This document shows positions 29,104 to 39,388 of a stretch of 64,000 nt of DNA, in pieces. Under the pieces are notes generated by a model. The model saw only the letters and a program-made list of their open reading frames with translations. It had not been told where the DNA came from and did no database searches. Numbering within the stretch: position 1 is the stretch's first letter; each line of letters opens with the position of its first letter. A program made the translations under genes and the position numbers. This DNA is from Spirochaetia bacterium. GTDB taxonomy: Bacteria > Spirochaetota > Spirochaetia > SP-2023. The stretch covers positions 1,952,001-2,016,000 of the forward strand of contig CBDDCK010000005.1 in assembly GCA_965225855.1 (NCBI GenBank), read 5' to 3'.

Positions 29104-30093
29104 TTAAGCCACATCAACTGAAGATAATGTTATTGAAGATGCTTTTATGGAAGGTCTAAAGTTGGATAACTCATAAAGCTGGTAAGTCATTTGGGTTTCT
29201 GTATCAGAAGGAGGAGACATCTGCTGTACTTGGAGCAATTGAGGTTTGAAAACTATGGAAGAACGAGAGAGCAAAACATAACGATCAGTATCGCGATTGT
29301 AATAATAAATTTCTGCCCAATAGTATCTACGACCATTCGATAAGTAGATATATCGTTTATATTCTTCACTGCTAACAACAAATGAATAAAAGCCTGTCTC
29401 TTTCTGATTGAGAGCATTGAATTTATTATGTAAATGTTCGGATAGGGAAAAATTAGTGTTATTAAACCAGTTTATCGTACTTAAAGAGTTATTGCCTAGG
29501 TCCGAATCAAAATTGGCAAAGTTTGCGAATTTTGCCAATTTTGATTGGTGGGTTAATTTAGGTATAGTAGAGCTTTCGTGAATAACGATAGATAAATTGG
29601 ATTCTTCCTCTTGATTGTATGCTTGCCGGTTTTGTTCTTGCTTTTTTTGGTGAATGATTTTTTTCATATCTGTAGAAAGCTGCCAGAAAATTATAGCCCA
29701 TTCCATATCCCGCAATATAAAGTGAATTTTATTTTTTGTTAGTCCTAATCCATCATTTAGATAGTTATGAGGTAAAGGCTCTATCATTACACCCGTATAA
29801 TCTTGCTCCAATTCAAACTTATGTAGAGACTGCAATAGTGGTGAATTTAAATCATTTATTGATTCTGCACGTTGCTCAGCAATCACTTCAAATATTTCAT
29901 CAATTAAATCTTCGTGCTCTTCTTGGTCAAGGAATTGGTTTTGTTCGTCCAGTAACTTTGAAGAACTTTTTGTATGAGTGGAAATACCTTGAATATGATG
30001 AATATCCATAAAATTGACTGGGAGTATTCTCAGTTTGATTGCAATCTTTATCAATTTTAGCTGGCTTAAATCCTGCAGATGTGTTTTCGTCAT
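29104..30093 (-). CDS. DUF4912-like protein
   Basis: LPHNY...IHFILRDMEWAIIFWQLS and YWAEI..Y...LSRS; usual neighbour of GH57 branching enzymes. Confidence 0.65.
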   Translation of the reverse strand: MTKTHLQDLSQLKLIKIAIKLRILPVNFMDIHHIQGISTHTKSSSKLLDEQNQFLDQEEHEDLIDEIFEVIAEQRAESINDLNSPLLQSLHKFELEQDYTGVMIEPLPHNYLNDGLGLTKNKIHFILRDMEWAIIFWQLSTDMKKIIHQKKQEQNRQAYNQEEESNLSIVIHESSTIPKLTHQSKLAKFANFANFDSDLGNNSLSTINWFNNTNFSLSEHLHNKFNALNQKETGFYSFVVSSEEYKRYIYLSNGRRYYWAEIYYYNRDTDRYVLLSRSSIVFKPQLLQVQQMSPPSDTETQMTYQLYELSNFRPSIKASSITLSSVDVA

Positions 30094-30426
30094 TCAAAAT
30101 TTCTCCAAGGTAACTAGAAATTTATTAAAGCTATAATTGCATTCTTTTTAGATGTAATAGGTTAATTATATGTTAGAATTAAAGAATTTTAGACATAGCT
30201 CGCTATTTATAATGGCAAACATTATATACTTAAGGCTTTATCCATAATCGGTTAAGTAACGCTATTGTAAAGAAATAAAACCTTTATACTATTTTTGTGA
30301 AAGTGGACATAATTGTAATGATCATTCTATTTTTATTCAAGTTTTTTAAAAATATTTCTTCATTTTTTATTAGAGCTGTATTTATTGGTAAAATGTAGAA
30401 CATTTAGCTTTACATATTTAGGTTTT

Positions 30427-31266
30427 TTATTTTCGTATCGTAAATATTGGGCTATGTTCCCAAGTATATTTTTGGGTATTGGTACTATTTTGTTCTGTGA
30501 GCGGAGCAGGTAAATAATTTTGTTCTGAATCAATAGTAGTGGGGTAGGGCAGGATAACTAGAGCCGAACCTTGTTCTATGCTAATTTGGGCTGTGTGAGT
30601 GGTAGCCCAGTTGCTAAGACTATAAGGTAAGTTTGTCTTGGGTAAACTATGTAGGGGCCATTTTAGTTGTTCTGAATACAGCCGGCTTTCTATGGATAGG
30701 GGAAAGACAGAGAGTAATAGAGGTTGGGAGTTGCATTTTCCCAAGTGATCGTTTGATTGATTTATAGGGGAAGCTGCGTTAGTTTGCCGTGGCCAATTTA
30801 ATTCAATTTGTTCGCCAGCTTCTAAGTAAAAAATTGCTTCATAGTGGGTTAGCCAAAGTTTTGGCAATACAGGATAACGCTGGAATTGATAGTCATAGAT
30901 CATGGCTAAGAAATGATCACTGCGCTTGCCCCCTCCACCGACTTGGATAATATTATGGTGGCCTTGTTGTGTTAAGTATTCCAGTGCTAGGTTGCGGTCG
31001 CTTTCGTCTTTGTTAGTAGGGAAGTACAAGCACTGGGTATTGATATTTGGACTTTGGAATAGGCTATGATCTACTGGAGTTGAATCAAAGTCTCCAATAA
31101 TGGCTTCGAGATTTACTTGGTAGTCTTTTGCTAGTTGGCAGCCTCCATCAGCAGCAACCCAGTATAGTTTTTGCTTTGCAGCAGACGGCAAAAATAATTC
31201 TAGCTGTTTACTACAAGGTGCTTCGCCAGCAAGGAGTAGGCCTGCACTAAACTCGAAACTATCCAT
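30427..31266 (-). CDS. thiN: Thiamine pyrophosphokinase
   Basis: VAADGG, IIGDFDS, KDESD, GGGGKRSDHFL, LKWPL, LSN. Confidence 0.85.
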   Translation of the reverse strand: MDSFEFSAGLLLAGEAPCSKQLELFLPSAAKQKLYWVAADGGCQLAKDYQVNLEAIIGDFDSTPVDHSLFQSPNINTQCLYFPTNKDESDRNLALEYLTQQGHHNIIQVGGGGKRSDHFLAMIYDYQFQRYPVLPKLWLTHYEAIFYLEAGEQIELNWPRQTNAASPINQSNDHLGKCNSQPLLLSVFPLSIESRLYSEQLKWPLHSLPKTNLPYSLSNWATTHTAQISIEQGSALVILPYPTTIDSEQNYLPAPLTEQNSTNTQKYTWEHSPIFTIRK

Positions 31267-32362
31267 CAGTATAAGTACCCAATAATTTATTCACTGTTTG
31301 TATTGTTTGTGCGGCATGTTCTCTAGCGATATTACAACCCCTGGCCAATATTTGATCGACATAGTCCATATTGGATTCCAGCTCTTTGCGTTTTTTGCGA
31401 ATGGGTTCCAGTTTGCTATTTAATTGTTCGGTTACTACTTGTTTTAAGGTTCGGGCACCGCCATCGCCAATGCTTTGGGCTATATTTTCAGGCTTTTCAC
31501 CATTACATAAGCTGATAATTTGTAACAAATTGGCTACTTCTGGGCGGCGTTCTATTTCGTAGGTAATTAGGCGTTCGCTATCTGTTTTAGCCTTTTTAAT
31601 GGCTTGGGTTACTTGATCTGCGGTGGCCGAAAGTTCAATACTATTCCCTCGACTTTTGCTCATTTTCGATGAACCATCTAAACCTATGATGGCCGGAGCT
31701 TGGCTAAGTAGGCCTATGGGTTTCTTAAAATAAGGTTGTTTGGGGCTATATCGTTGGTTGAAACGCCGAGCAATGTTGCGTGTCAATTCGATATGGGGGA
31801 GTTGGTCTTTCCCTACTGGGACAATGTTGCCATGACAAAATAGAATGTCGGCTGCTTGATGCACAGGGTAGGTCAATAATAATGCTGTAAGCTGTTCTAG
31901 TTTGGAATGCTGTAGTTCTTCCTTGGTTGTGGGGTTGCGCTCTAATTCTTTTTGGGTCACTAAAGTTAAAAACGGCAGTAGAAGTTGGTTTAATTCAGGT
32001 ACTTGGCTATGGGCAAAGATATGCACAGGATAATGTTCTGGGTCTATACCTACGGCTAAATAATCTAAGCACAATTGGCGGGTAAAGTAGGAAATATCAT
32101 TGCCTTGGTCTCGGTCCGTCAATACTTGGTAGTCGGCAATGACAATAAAGGTTTCCAAACCTAATGCTTGCATTGTGATTCTATTGCATAGGGAACCAAA
32201 ATAATGGCCAATATGCAACCTACCCGTAGGTCGATCTCCTGTGAGAACACGGTAATTCTTGCGGTTTTCTGGCTTTTTTAAGGTTTGCTGCAATGCTTGG
32301 CTTTCAGCAATAGCGGCTTCATAGCTGTTGCTATTATTAAAATTTTCTACCATAAACCCCAA
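31259..32362 (-). CDS. trpS: Tryptophan--tRNA ligase
   Basis: TGDRPTGRLHIGHY, YPVHQAADI, VPVGKDQ, KMSKS. Confidence 0.97.
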   Translation of the reverse strand: MGFMVENFNNSNSYEAAIAESQALQQTLKKPENRKNYRVLTGDRPTGRLHIGHYFGSLCNRITMQALGLETFIVIADYQVLTDRDQGNDISYFTRQLCLDYLAVGIDPEHYPVHIFAHSQVPELNQLLLPFLTLVTQKELERNPTTKEELQHSKLEQLTALLLTYPVHQAADILFCHGNIVPVGKDQLPHIELTRNIARRFNQRYSPKQPYFKKPIGLLSQAPAIIGLDGSSKMSKSRGNSIELSATADQVTQAIKKAKTDSERLITYEIERRPEVANLLQIISLCNGEKPENIAQSIGDGGARTLKQVVTEQLNSKLEPIRKKRKELESNMDYVDQILARGCNIAREHAAQTIQTVNKLLGTYTDG

Positions 32363-32828
32363 TAGTATAGATATGTTTCTATTTAGGCAAGATCGCTTTT
32401 AGATTTATCTCTACATATCGAAATTTAATCATCGCAAGCCTTGCTAAAGTTTTCCTGTAGCTTGTAATTGATACTCAACAGTTAAACTTTAAAATATTGA
32501 TTGTGCTTTAGTAATTTACTGGTAATTGTGTTGATTTTTGTTATTATTTTATGATCAATTAACTTGTATTCCTATTTTATGATAGCTGTACCTTAGAGTA
32601 AATTTATCATAAAAACAACAAATATCTTGGTACTTTATTGTTTATATAATACTTTAATTTTACAATAATGATATATTTGTTTTTAATATTCGATATTTGG
32701 AACAAGAATTATAATTTATTGTTAGAGTAGGTGCTAATGCTATTGCCAAATATATAAATTATCCTGTAAAATGGCATTCTAAAATAGAAAAGCTTGATCA
32801 TGCTAGAATCAATTGGAGGTAAACTAAT

Positions 32829-33521
32829 ATGAGCATTGAATATGGTATTTATAATATCGGCAATAATCGTTATGCTGGACGAGTTATTAATTCGGGGCAG
32901 CTAACGGAAAAGGAATTTTTAGATGAGTTAGATTTGTTATTCCCAGAAGTAGGACGAGACAAATTAGCTGCAATATTTGAACAAGGGCTTCGGATTGCTA
33001 ATGAAAAGCTAGCCGATAATTGGGTAGTGCATACTCCTTTAGTTAGCTTTCGACCTTCGGTCAAAGGTGCTTTCACTAGCAGAGATGACCAATTTAACCC
33101 CGATCGTAATTCAAAAGATGTTTCAGCTTTAAGACCTCGTGCTATGCAAAAAGCAATACAGAATGTTGCTTATACTAAGGTTGCGGTACGGGCAGTCCAA
33201 CCGCATCCTGTCGATCTATATGATGCAAAGTCTCAAACCCATAATGATGAACTAAGTTTAGGCGGTATGGCAGAGCTAAGTGGTGATGAACTGAATTTTG
33301 ATCAAACTAATGATAGTGAAGGAGTGTTCTTTCGCGCGCTTTCCGATGCTACAGAAATAAAGGTAGCCGATTATTTAAAGGTTACCAATAATAGGGTTAT
33401 TTTTAGTGTGCCTTCTAGTAAAATGCCGACTGGAGAATATGTATTGCTAGTACGGCGTAGCTATACCGTACGCAAAGAACTCCGTACTGGTGAGCTCAAT
33501 GTAGTTTTGACTTTGAGTTAA
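32829..33521 (+). CDS. HU-like DNA-binding domain + DUF4469 (Ig-like) protein
   Basis: VHTPLVSFRPSVKGAF..DDQFNP; C-terminal LSGDELNFD...GVFF...VIFSVP...GEYVLLVR; GGAGG RBS. Confidence 0.75.
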   Translation: MSIEYGIYNIGNNRYAGRVINSGQLTEKEFLDELDLLFPEVGRDKLAAIFEQGLRIANEKLADNWVVHTPLVSFRPSVKGAFTSRDDQFNPDRNSKDVSALRPRAMQKAIQNVAYTKVAVRAVQPHPVDLYDAKSQTHNDELSLGGMAELSGDELNFDQTNDSEGVFFRALSDATEIKVADYLKVTNNRVIFSVPSSKMPTGEYVLLVRRSYTVRKELRTGELNVVLTLS

Positions 33522-33617
33522 AAGTTATAGTTTTAGGTAGGGTAATTTTATTGAATATAAATGGAACTTAGTAGTTATTGTTCATAAAATATAATGAAAG
33601 TTTATTGAGGAGTAGTT

Positions 33618-34751
33618 ATGGCTAAAGAACCTTTAAAAATTGATGATTCCCAAAAGAAAAAGGTAATTTTAAACCGTTTGGATATGTCCTTTGGGGAATT
33701 ATTAAACATGTATAAAGAGGGAGAGCTAATTATTAGGCCAGAATATCAAAGAGCCTTCCGCTGGGATAGTACCAAGCAATCGGCTTTTATCGAAAGTATT
33801 TTGTTGGATTTACCAATTCCTTCTATATTTGTCTATTCTACCGTAGAAGATAATACTTACGAGCTACTTGATGGTTTGCAACGTTTATCTACAGTATTTG
33901 CATTTATGAGAGAGCTAAAAAGTAAAGATGGAAAGTCAGATAAGCGCAATGGTTTTCGTCTCAAACAAGCTCCTCTGCTACCTGAATTAGTGGGCAAAGC
34001 CTATGATGGCTTACATATAAAGACTCAAAGAGCGATTAAAAGACGCTATATTCGTATGGATATATTGAGTAGTCAAAGTAGTGAAGATGTAAAATATGAA
34101 TTTTTCAAACGGATAAATTCTAATTCGGAACGTTTGTCTGACCAAGAAATGAGAAATTGTATTTATCATGGAGAATATAATAGCTCTATTGTTGCTTTAG
34201 CAGATGAGATTTCTGGTAATCAGAAATATGTAGACTTTATCTTTGAGCTTTCGGATAAAAAGAAAGATAATATGTATTTAGAAGAGCTAATACTACGCTA
34301 TTATGCTTTTGCAGATACAAAAAAATTAGAACAATTTAACAAAGAAGTAAAAGCATATAGTGATCCTCGCTATTTAGATTATTTTATGCAGATGGTCAAT
34401 CAAAACAAAGAACCATTTATAAAACAAGAATTTTTGGAAAAGATAGAATTATTGGACTCCCTTTATGAACATTGTCCCAAAAGTTTGCGTAATATATTTC
34501 GTAACCCAAATACTGGCCATTTTACCAGGGGAATATATGATTGTATTATGCAAGGTCTTTATAGTTGTTGGGATATAATAGGACTTTCTAAAGATAGAAT
34601 AAGCCATGAAAAGAGACAAAATTTAAAGGAAAAAATAGAAAAATTCAAAACGGAAATAGTGCCTAAACAATATAAAGAAATTAATGAAGACTTTTGGAAA
34701 CCTACAATTGAACTAATTGATATGGCCAAAGAATTTTTTAGCCAATCTTAA
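33618..34751 (+). CDS. DUF262 (ParB/Srx-like, GmrS-type) domain protein
   Basis: RPEYQRAFRW, FIESILLDLPIPSIF, LLDGLQRLST, FKRIN. Confidence 0.9.
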   Translation: MAKEPLKIDDSQKKKVILNRLDMSFGELLNMYKEGELIIRPEYQRAFRWDSTKQSAFIESILLDLPIPSIFVYSTVEDNTYELLDGLQRLSTVFAFMRELKSKDGKSDKRNGFRLKQAPLLPELVGKAYDGLHIKTQRAIKRRYIRMDILSSQSSEDVKYEFFKRINSNSERLSDQEMRNCIYHGEYNSSIVALADEISGNQKYVDFIFELSDKKKDNMYLEELILRYYAFADTKKLEQFNKEVKAYSDPRYLDYFMQMVNQNKEPFIKQEFLEKIELLDSLYEHCPKSLRNIFRNPNTGHFTRGIYDCIMQGLYSCWDIIGLSKDRISHEKRQNLKEKIEKFKTEIVPKQYKEINEDFWKPTIELIDMAKEFFSQS

Positions 34752-34756
34752 ATGTT

Positions 34757-35332
34757 ATGGAATCTGGGTATCAAGTTCCATTTTCGCTGGAACAAGAAAA
34801 ACAACATGTAAACAAGTTTAAAGAAATAATAAATACGAATGATTTTATAAATTTGGCCATTTATCTTTTACTATATGCTGTTTGGGAACGAGTTATTAAG
34901 AAAAGTATAAGATATATTGCAGTTAATATTACAAAACAAGAAGGTTTATATATTGGTGATTTAAATAATGATCTACAACAATATATAATAGCTAAACTGA
35001 TTGTCAGTAATAAGAATAAGGCTTATATAGATATTCAAAAAATATCATTATCTACCATAAAGTTAGAAAGATTGCTAGAGAGTAATATAGATATTCAATT
35101 TGATTCATTAAAGAGTATTGCTAAATATTACCAATATTTTGGCTTAGATCTTCATAGTAAGATTCGTGATAAAAATTATCATGAACCGATAAGGCTTTTA
35201 TGCAGATCTCGGAATAAGATTGCCCATGGAGAGATATTACATATTAGTTACAAAGATGAATCGCGTAATATAGAAAATATTATTGTTACTATTTTTAGTT
35301 TATTTGATATTATTCAAATATTGGTAAATTAG
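34757..35332 (+). CDS. HEPN domain protein (MAE_28990 / RiboL-PSP-like)
   Basis: LLYAVWE helix and RNKIAHG (R-x4-H) HEPN motif; 5 bp downstream of the DUF262 gene. Confidence 0.75.
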   Translation: MESGYQVPFSLEQEKQHVNKFKEIINTNDFINLAIYLLLYAVWERVIKKSIRYIAVNITKQEGLYIGDLNNDLQQYIIAKLIVSNKNKAYIDIQKISLSTIKLERLLESNIDIQFDSLKSIAKYYQYFGLDLHSKIRDKNYHEPIRLLCRSRNKIAHGEILHISYKDESRNIENIIVTIFSLFDIIQILVN

Positions 35333-35429
35333 TTTTACAACAAAAAATAGATAATTACAAAATAATATTACCTAATCTTGGTTTAATTTTAATGATATTT
35401 TGTACTGGGTAGAATATAAGGAATAAGTT

Positions 35430-35762
35430 ATGAAACACAAAATACGTGGCTACTCTGAAGAACTTTATGAGTATATACGCAATAATTCTCTTCGTTTGCC
35501 TAACTATATGGCAGAGCTAAGTGATGATCAACTGAATTTTGATCAAAGTAATGATAGTGAAGGAGTGTTCTTTCGCGCGCTTTCCGATGCTACAGAAATA
35601 AAGGTAGCCGAATATTTAAAGGTTACCAATAATAGGATTATTTTTAGTGTGCCTTCTAGTAAAATGCCGGCTGGAGAATATGTATTGCTAGTACGGCGTA
35701 GCTATACCGTACGTAAAGAACTCGGTACTGGTGAGCTCAATGTAGTTTTGACTTTGAGTTAG
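35430..35762 (+). pseudogene. Chimeric ORF: 5' end of O-methyltransferase (37605) fused in frame to 3' end of DUF4469 gene (32829)
   Basis: First 30 codons match 37605-37694 and the remainder matches 33267-33521; junction TATGGCAGAGCTAA at 35507-35520. Confidence 0.9.
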
Positions 35763-35772
35763 AAGTTATAGA

Positions 35773-36627
35773 ATGCAAGTCCAAGATACCGTATATACTA
35801 AGATAATACTTGGTGATTGCAGAGAAGAACTAAAGCAAATAGATGCTAATACGATTGACTTAGTCTTTACATCACCTCCGTATGCAGATCAAAGAAAAAA
35901 ATCTTACGGAGGCATTCATTTTAACAATTATGTCGATTGGTTTATTCCTATAGGAGAAGAACTACTAAGGGTTTTACGACCAACTGGTACTTTTGTTTTA
36001 AATATCAAAGAAAAAGTTATTAATGGTGAACGAAGTACTTATGTGCTAAAGCTTATTATTGAGTTAAAAAAACAAGGATGGCTATGGACAGAAGAATTTA
36101 TATGGCATAAGAAAAATAGTTATCCAGGAAAATGGCCCAATCGTTTTAGGGATTCATGGGAACGTTTACTGCAGTTCAATAAAGCCAAACATTTTAATAT
36201 GTATCAAGAAGAAGTGATGGTGCCAATGGGGGATTGGGCGACACAAAGGTTAAAGAATCTTAGTTACACAGACACAATTCGTGATGAGTCAAAAGCTGGA
36301 AGTGGCTTCGGTAAGAATATATCTAATTGGGTAAACAGGAATATGGCTTATCCAACTAATGTATTACATATGGCTACTGAATGTTCCAATAAAAACCATA
36401 GTGCGGTATTTCCTAAGTCTTTACCAGAATGGTTCATTCGACTATTTACTAGAGAAGGGGATATTATATTAGACCCTTTTATGGGATCAGGTACAACAAA
36501 TATAGTCGCAAAAGAAATGAATAGAAATTCTATAGGTATTGAAATATTGCCAGAATATTATGAAATTGCCGATAAAGTATTAAATCAGAACAAAACAATA
36601 GAGCAAATTAATATGGAGCTATTATGA
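35773..36627 (+). CDS. Type II DNA methyltransferase (N4-C/N6-A, beta class)
   Basis: TSPPY before DPFMGSGTT. Confidence 0.93.
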   Translation: MQVQDTVYTKIILGDCREELKQIDANTIDLVFTSPPYADQRKKSYGGIHFNNYVDWFIPIGEELLRVLRPTGTFVLNIKEKVINGERSTYVLKLIIELKKQGWLWTEEFIWHKKNSYPGKWPNRFRDSWERLLQFNKAKHFNMYQEEVMVPMGDWATQRLKNLSYTDTIRDESKAGSGFGKNISNWVNRNMAYPTNVLHMATECSNKNHSAVFPKSLPEWFIRLFTREGDIILDPFMGSGTTNIVAKEMNRNSIGIEILPEYYEIADKVLNQNKTIEQINMELL

Positions 36628-37370
36628 ATAAACTAATATTAAGCCAAATTAATAGTTATGTTGAAGCTAATATAGAGATCTTCCATCAAAAAAGAATAGA
36701 ACGGTTAGCTATGCTAAAGCTTAGGAACATATTAAAGAAAAAGAATCCTTATTTATTTAGAGTTAAGAATCTGAATACTTCAGAACAGATAATAAGAAGT
36801 ATTTCAGATGCATTTATTTCTTCGTCAGAAGAAACTATTTTTGGCGACTGGCTAAAAGGGTTGGCTATATTTGTCAATCAGATTGTTTATAATGGTATTA
36901 AGTCAGGAATAAAAAGTATTGATCTTGAATTTAATTACAAAGAACACCGATATATAGTTTCTATTAAGTCTGGTCCCAATTGGGGGAATAGTAGTCAAAT
37001 AGAAAAGATGCGTATGGATTTTAATACAGCGAAGAAAACTTTGAGAACTAGCAATGCAAATATGAGTGTTATTGCTATTAATGGCTGTTGTTATGGAATA
37101 GAAAATAAACCTGATAAAGGAGATTATTTTAAGTATTGTGGTCAATCATTCTGGGCATTTATATCGGGAGAACGGAACTTATATAAAGATATTATCGAAC
37201 CATTAGGTTATAAAGCAAAAGAAAAGAATGATAATTTTAATAATGAGTATTCTAAAATGATAAATAGATTTACAAAAGAATTTATTGATTTTTTTTGTAA
37301 ATTAGATGGTTCTATCGATTGGGCTAAATTAATGGAGTATAATTCAGCCATTAGTTCTTCTAGCAAATAA
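36624..37370 (+). CDS. Type II restriction endonuclease (PmeII/EcoO109I-like)
   Basis: KKKNPYLF, EETIFGD, IDLEF, SIKSGPNWGNSSQI, CGQSFWAFISG; ATGA overlap with MTase. Confidence 0.8.
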   Translation: MNKLILSQINSYVEANIEIFHQKRIERLAMLKLRNILKKKNPYLFRVKNLNTSEQIIRSISDAFISSSEETIFGDWLKGLAIFVNQIVYNGIKSGIKSIDLEFNYKEHRYIVSIKSGPNWGNSSQIEKMRMDFNTAKKTLRTSNANMSVIAINGCCYGIENKPDKGDYFKYCGQSFWAFISGERNLYKDIIEPLGYKAKEKNDNFNNEYSKMINRFTKEFIDFFCKLDGSIDWAKLMEYNSAISSSSK

Positions 37371-37604
37371 TATAGTTAAAATTATGCTGGAAGATTAGGC
37401 TTTTATTGTAACTATAGCGTATTCCAATAAATTAATGGCAGAAATAATAGTGAAATTATTAACAATCACAATAAAAATATCTATATATTAATTCAATACT
37501 ATCTAGTTTGTTTTACAAAAATATGTAATAATCTAATACTGTATTACTAAATTCTGTGTAATTCTGATTATTGATCATACTTTATAAAATATAAGGAATA
37601 AGTT

Positions 37605-38267
37605 ATGAAACACAAAATACGTGGGTACTCTGAAGAAGTTTATGAGTATATACGCAATAATTCTCTTCGTTTGCCTAACTATATGGCAGAGTTAATGCAA
37701 GAAACCAGCCAAATGCCTGAATCTATGATGGCGACTCCTCCAGAGCAAGGGCAGTTGTTATACTTTCTAATGAAAGCTATAGGAGCTAAGCGTGCCATAG
37801 AGGTTGGGGTATTTACCGGCATTGGAACTATGTGGTTGGCAAACGCAGTAGGTGATGATGGCAGTGTGATAGCTTGTGATCTCAATAGTGAATTTACTTC
37901 AATAGCACAGGCATACTGGCATAAAAGCGGTTTGGCCCAAACCATTGATTTACGTTTGGCACCGGCACAACAAACCTTGCAACATTTAATTGATGGAGGC
38001 CAAAGCAGTAGTTTTGACTTTTGTTATATTGATGCCGATAAGGAAGGTTATCATACTTACTATGAACTTTGCTTTCAATTGATACGCCCGGGAGGTATTA
38101 TTGCCTTTGATAATATGCTATATGGGGGTAGGGTTGCCGATAGTAACTGTAATGAAAAACCGATTCCCAACATTCGGGCATTAAATAAAGCTCTCCATAA
38201 TGATAAACGGGTGGAAGTGAGTTTTATGGCTATTGGCGATGGTTTATACTTAGTACGGAAACTTTGA
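37605..38267 (+). CDS. Caffeoyl-CoA-type SAM-dependent O-methyltransferase
   Basis: IEVGVFTG, FDFCYIDADK, GGIIAFDNML, IGDGL. Confidence 0.93.
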   Translation: MKHKIRGYSEEVYEYIRNNSLRLPNYMAELMQETSQMPESMMATPPEQGQLLYFLMKAIGAKRAIEVGVFTGIGTMWLANAVGDDGSVIACDLNSEFTSIAQAYWHKSGLAQTIDLRLAPAQQTLQHLIDGGQSSSFDFCYIDADKEGYHTYYELCFQLIRPGGIIAFDNMLYGGRVADSNCNEKPIPNIRALNKALHNDKRVEVSFMAIGDGLYLVRKL

Positions 38268-38297
38268 TTATCTCTATTCAATTGACTAATACTATTT

Positions 38298-38346
38298 ATA
38301 TGGAATAAATAAAAGATAAACTCTTTTTATTTATTCCATATTTTTT
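38298..38346 (+). terminator. AT-rich hairpin terminator after the O-methyltransferase
   Basis: ATATGGAATAAATAAAA...TTTTATTTATTCCATAT (17-bp stem) followed by a T run. Confidence 0.6.
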
Positions 38347-38437
38347 ATTTAATAATTTATATATTTTGGATTTATAAATTAGTATTTTTCTGTTTTATTT
38401 AATTATATAAATAATTTGTTTATTAGATATTTTTAGT

Positions 38438-39388
38438 ATGGATTTATCTATGGATCGATTGAAAAAGTATAAGATTGCCAATGATGTATTTAATAGAAGA
38501 AATGATGTTGCTATTATTCATGGTGATGTAATAGACAAAATACAAATGCTTCCTGATGATACCTTTTCATTGATTATTAGCTCTCCTCCGTATAATATAG
38601 GCAAATCCTATGAAACAAAACAAAGATTAGATAGTTATCTAGTATGGCAAGAAGCTATCATTAGTAAGTTAATAGCAAAGTTAAAAGATAATGGTAGTAT
38701 ATGCTGGCAAGTAGGAAATTATATAGAAAATAAGGAAGTATACCCTTTAGATATATATTTATACCCTGTGTTCAAAAGTTTGGGTCTACAGTTGCGCAAC
38801 CGAATTATATGGCATTTTAATCATGGTTTGCATGCGAACCTTCGATTTTCTGGTAGGTATGAAACTTTATTATGGTTTACCAAAAGCGATAATTATATTT
38901 TCCATTTAGATAATGTCCGGGTGCCTTCTAAGTATCCCGGCAAGCGGCACTATAAAGGAAGCAAGAAAGGTCTTCCTAGTGGTAATCCCCAAGGTAAGAA
39001 TCCTTCGGACTTTTGGCATTTTATTGATGATGAATTTGAAAAGGGTATTGTAGATATTCCCAATGTAAAAGCAAACCACCCAGAAAAAACACTGCACCCG
39101 TGTCAATTCCCTGTCGAGTTAATAGAAAGGTGTATTTTGGCTTTCACCAATCAAGATGACTATGTGCTAGACCCTTTTGCCGGCAGTGGTACAACCGCGA
39201 TTGCAGCATTAAAACAAGATAGAAAAGCTGTATTGATTGAAAAAGAACAAGAATATTGTAACTTAGCCCATAAACGAATCAAAGATTTTGAAAACGGCAT
39301 ATTAAAAACTAGAGAAATTGGCACAAAGATACATGTGCCTTCAGGCAATGATAAAGTTGCCCAAAAACCTAAGGAGTGGCTATTGTGA
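38438..39388 (+). CDS. Type II DNA methyltransferase (N4-C/N6-A, beta class; M.BstYI/BglII-like context)
   Basis: SSPPYNIGK, HPCQFPVEL, DPFAGSGTT. Confidence 0.92.
   Translation: MDLSMDRLKKYKIANDVFNRRNDVAIIHGDVIDKIQMLPDDTFSLIISSPPYNIGKSYETKQRLDSYLVWQEAIISKLIAKLKDNGSICWQVGNYIENKEVYPLDIYLYPVFKSLGLQLRNRIIWHFNHGLHANLRFSGRYETLLWFTKSDNYIFHLDNVRVPSKYPGKRHYKGSKKGLPSGNPQGKNPSDFWHFIDDEFEKGIVDIPNVKANHPEKTLHPCQFPVELIERCILAFTNQDDYVLDPFAGSGTTAIAALKQDRKAVLIEKEQEYCNLAHKRIKDFENGILKTREIGTKIHVPSGNDKVAQKPKEWLL

Noticed and set aside
35430..35762. Treating the 110-aa ORF as an independent novel protein
   Set aside because: Fully explained as a fusion of the two neighbouring genes
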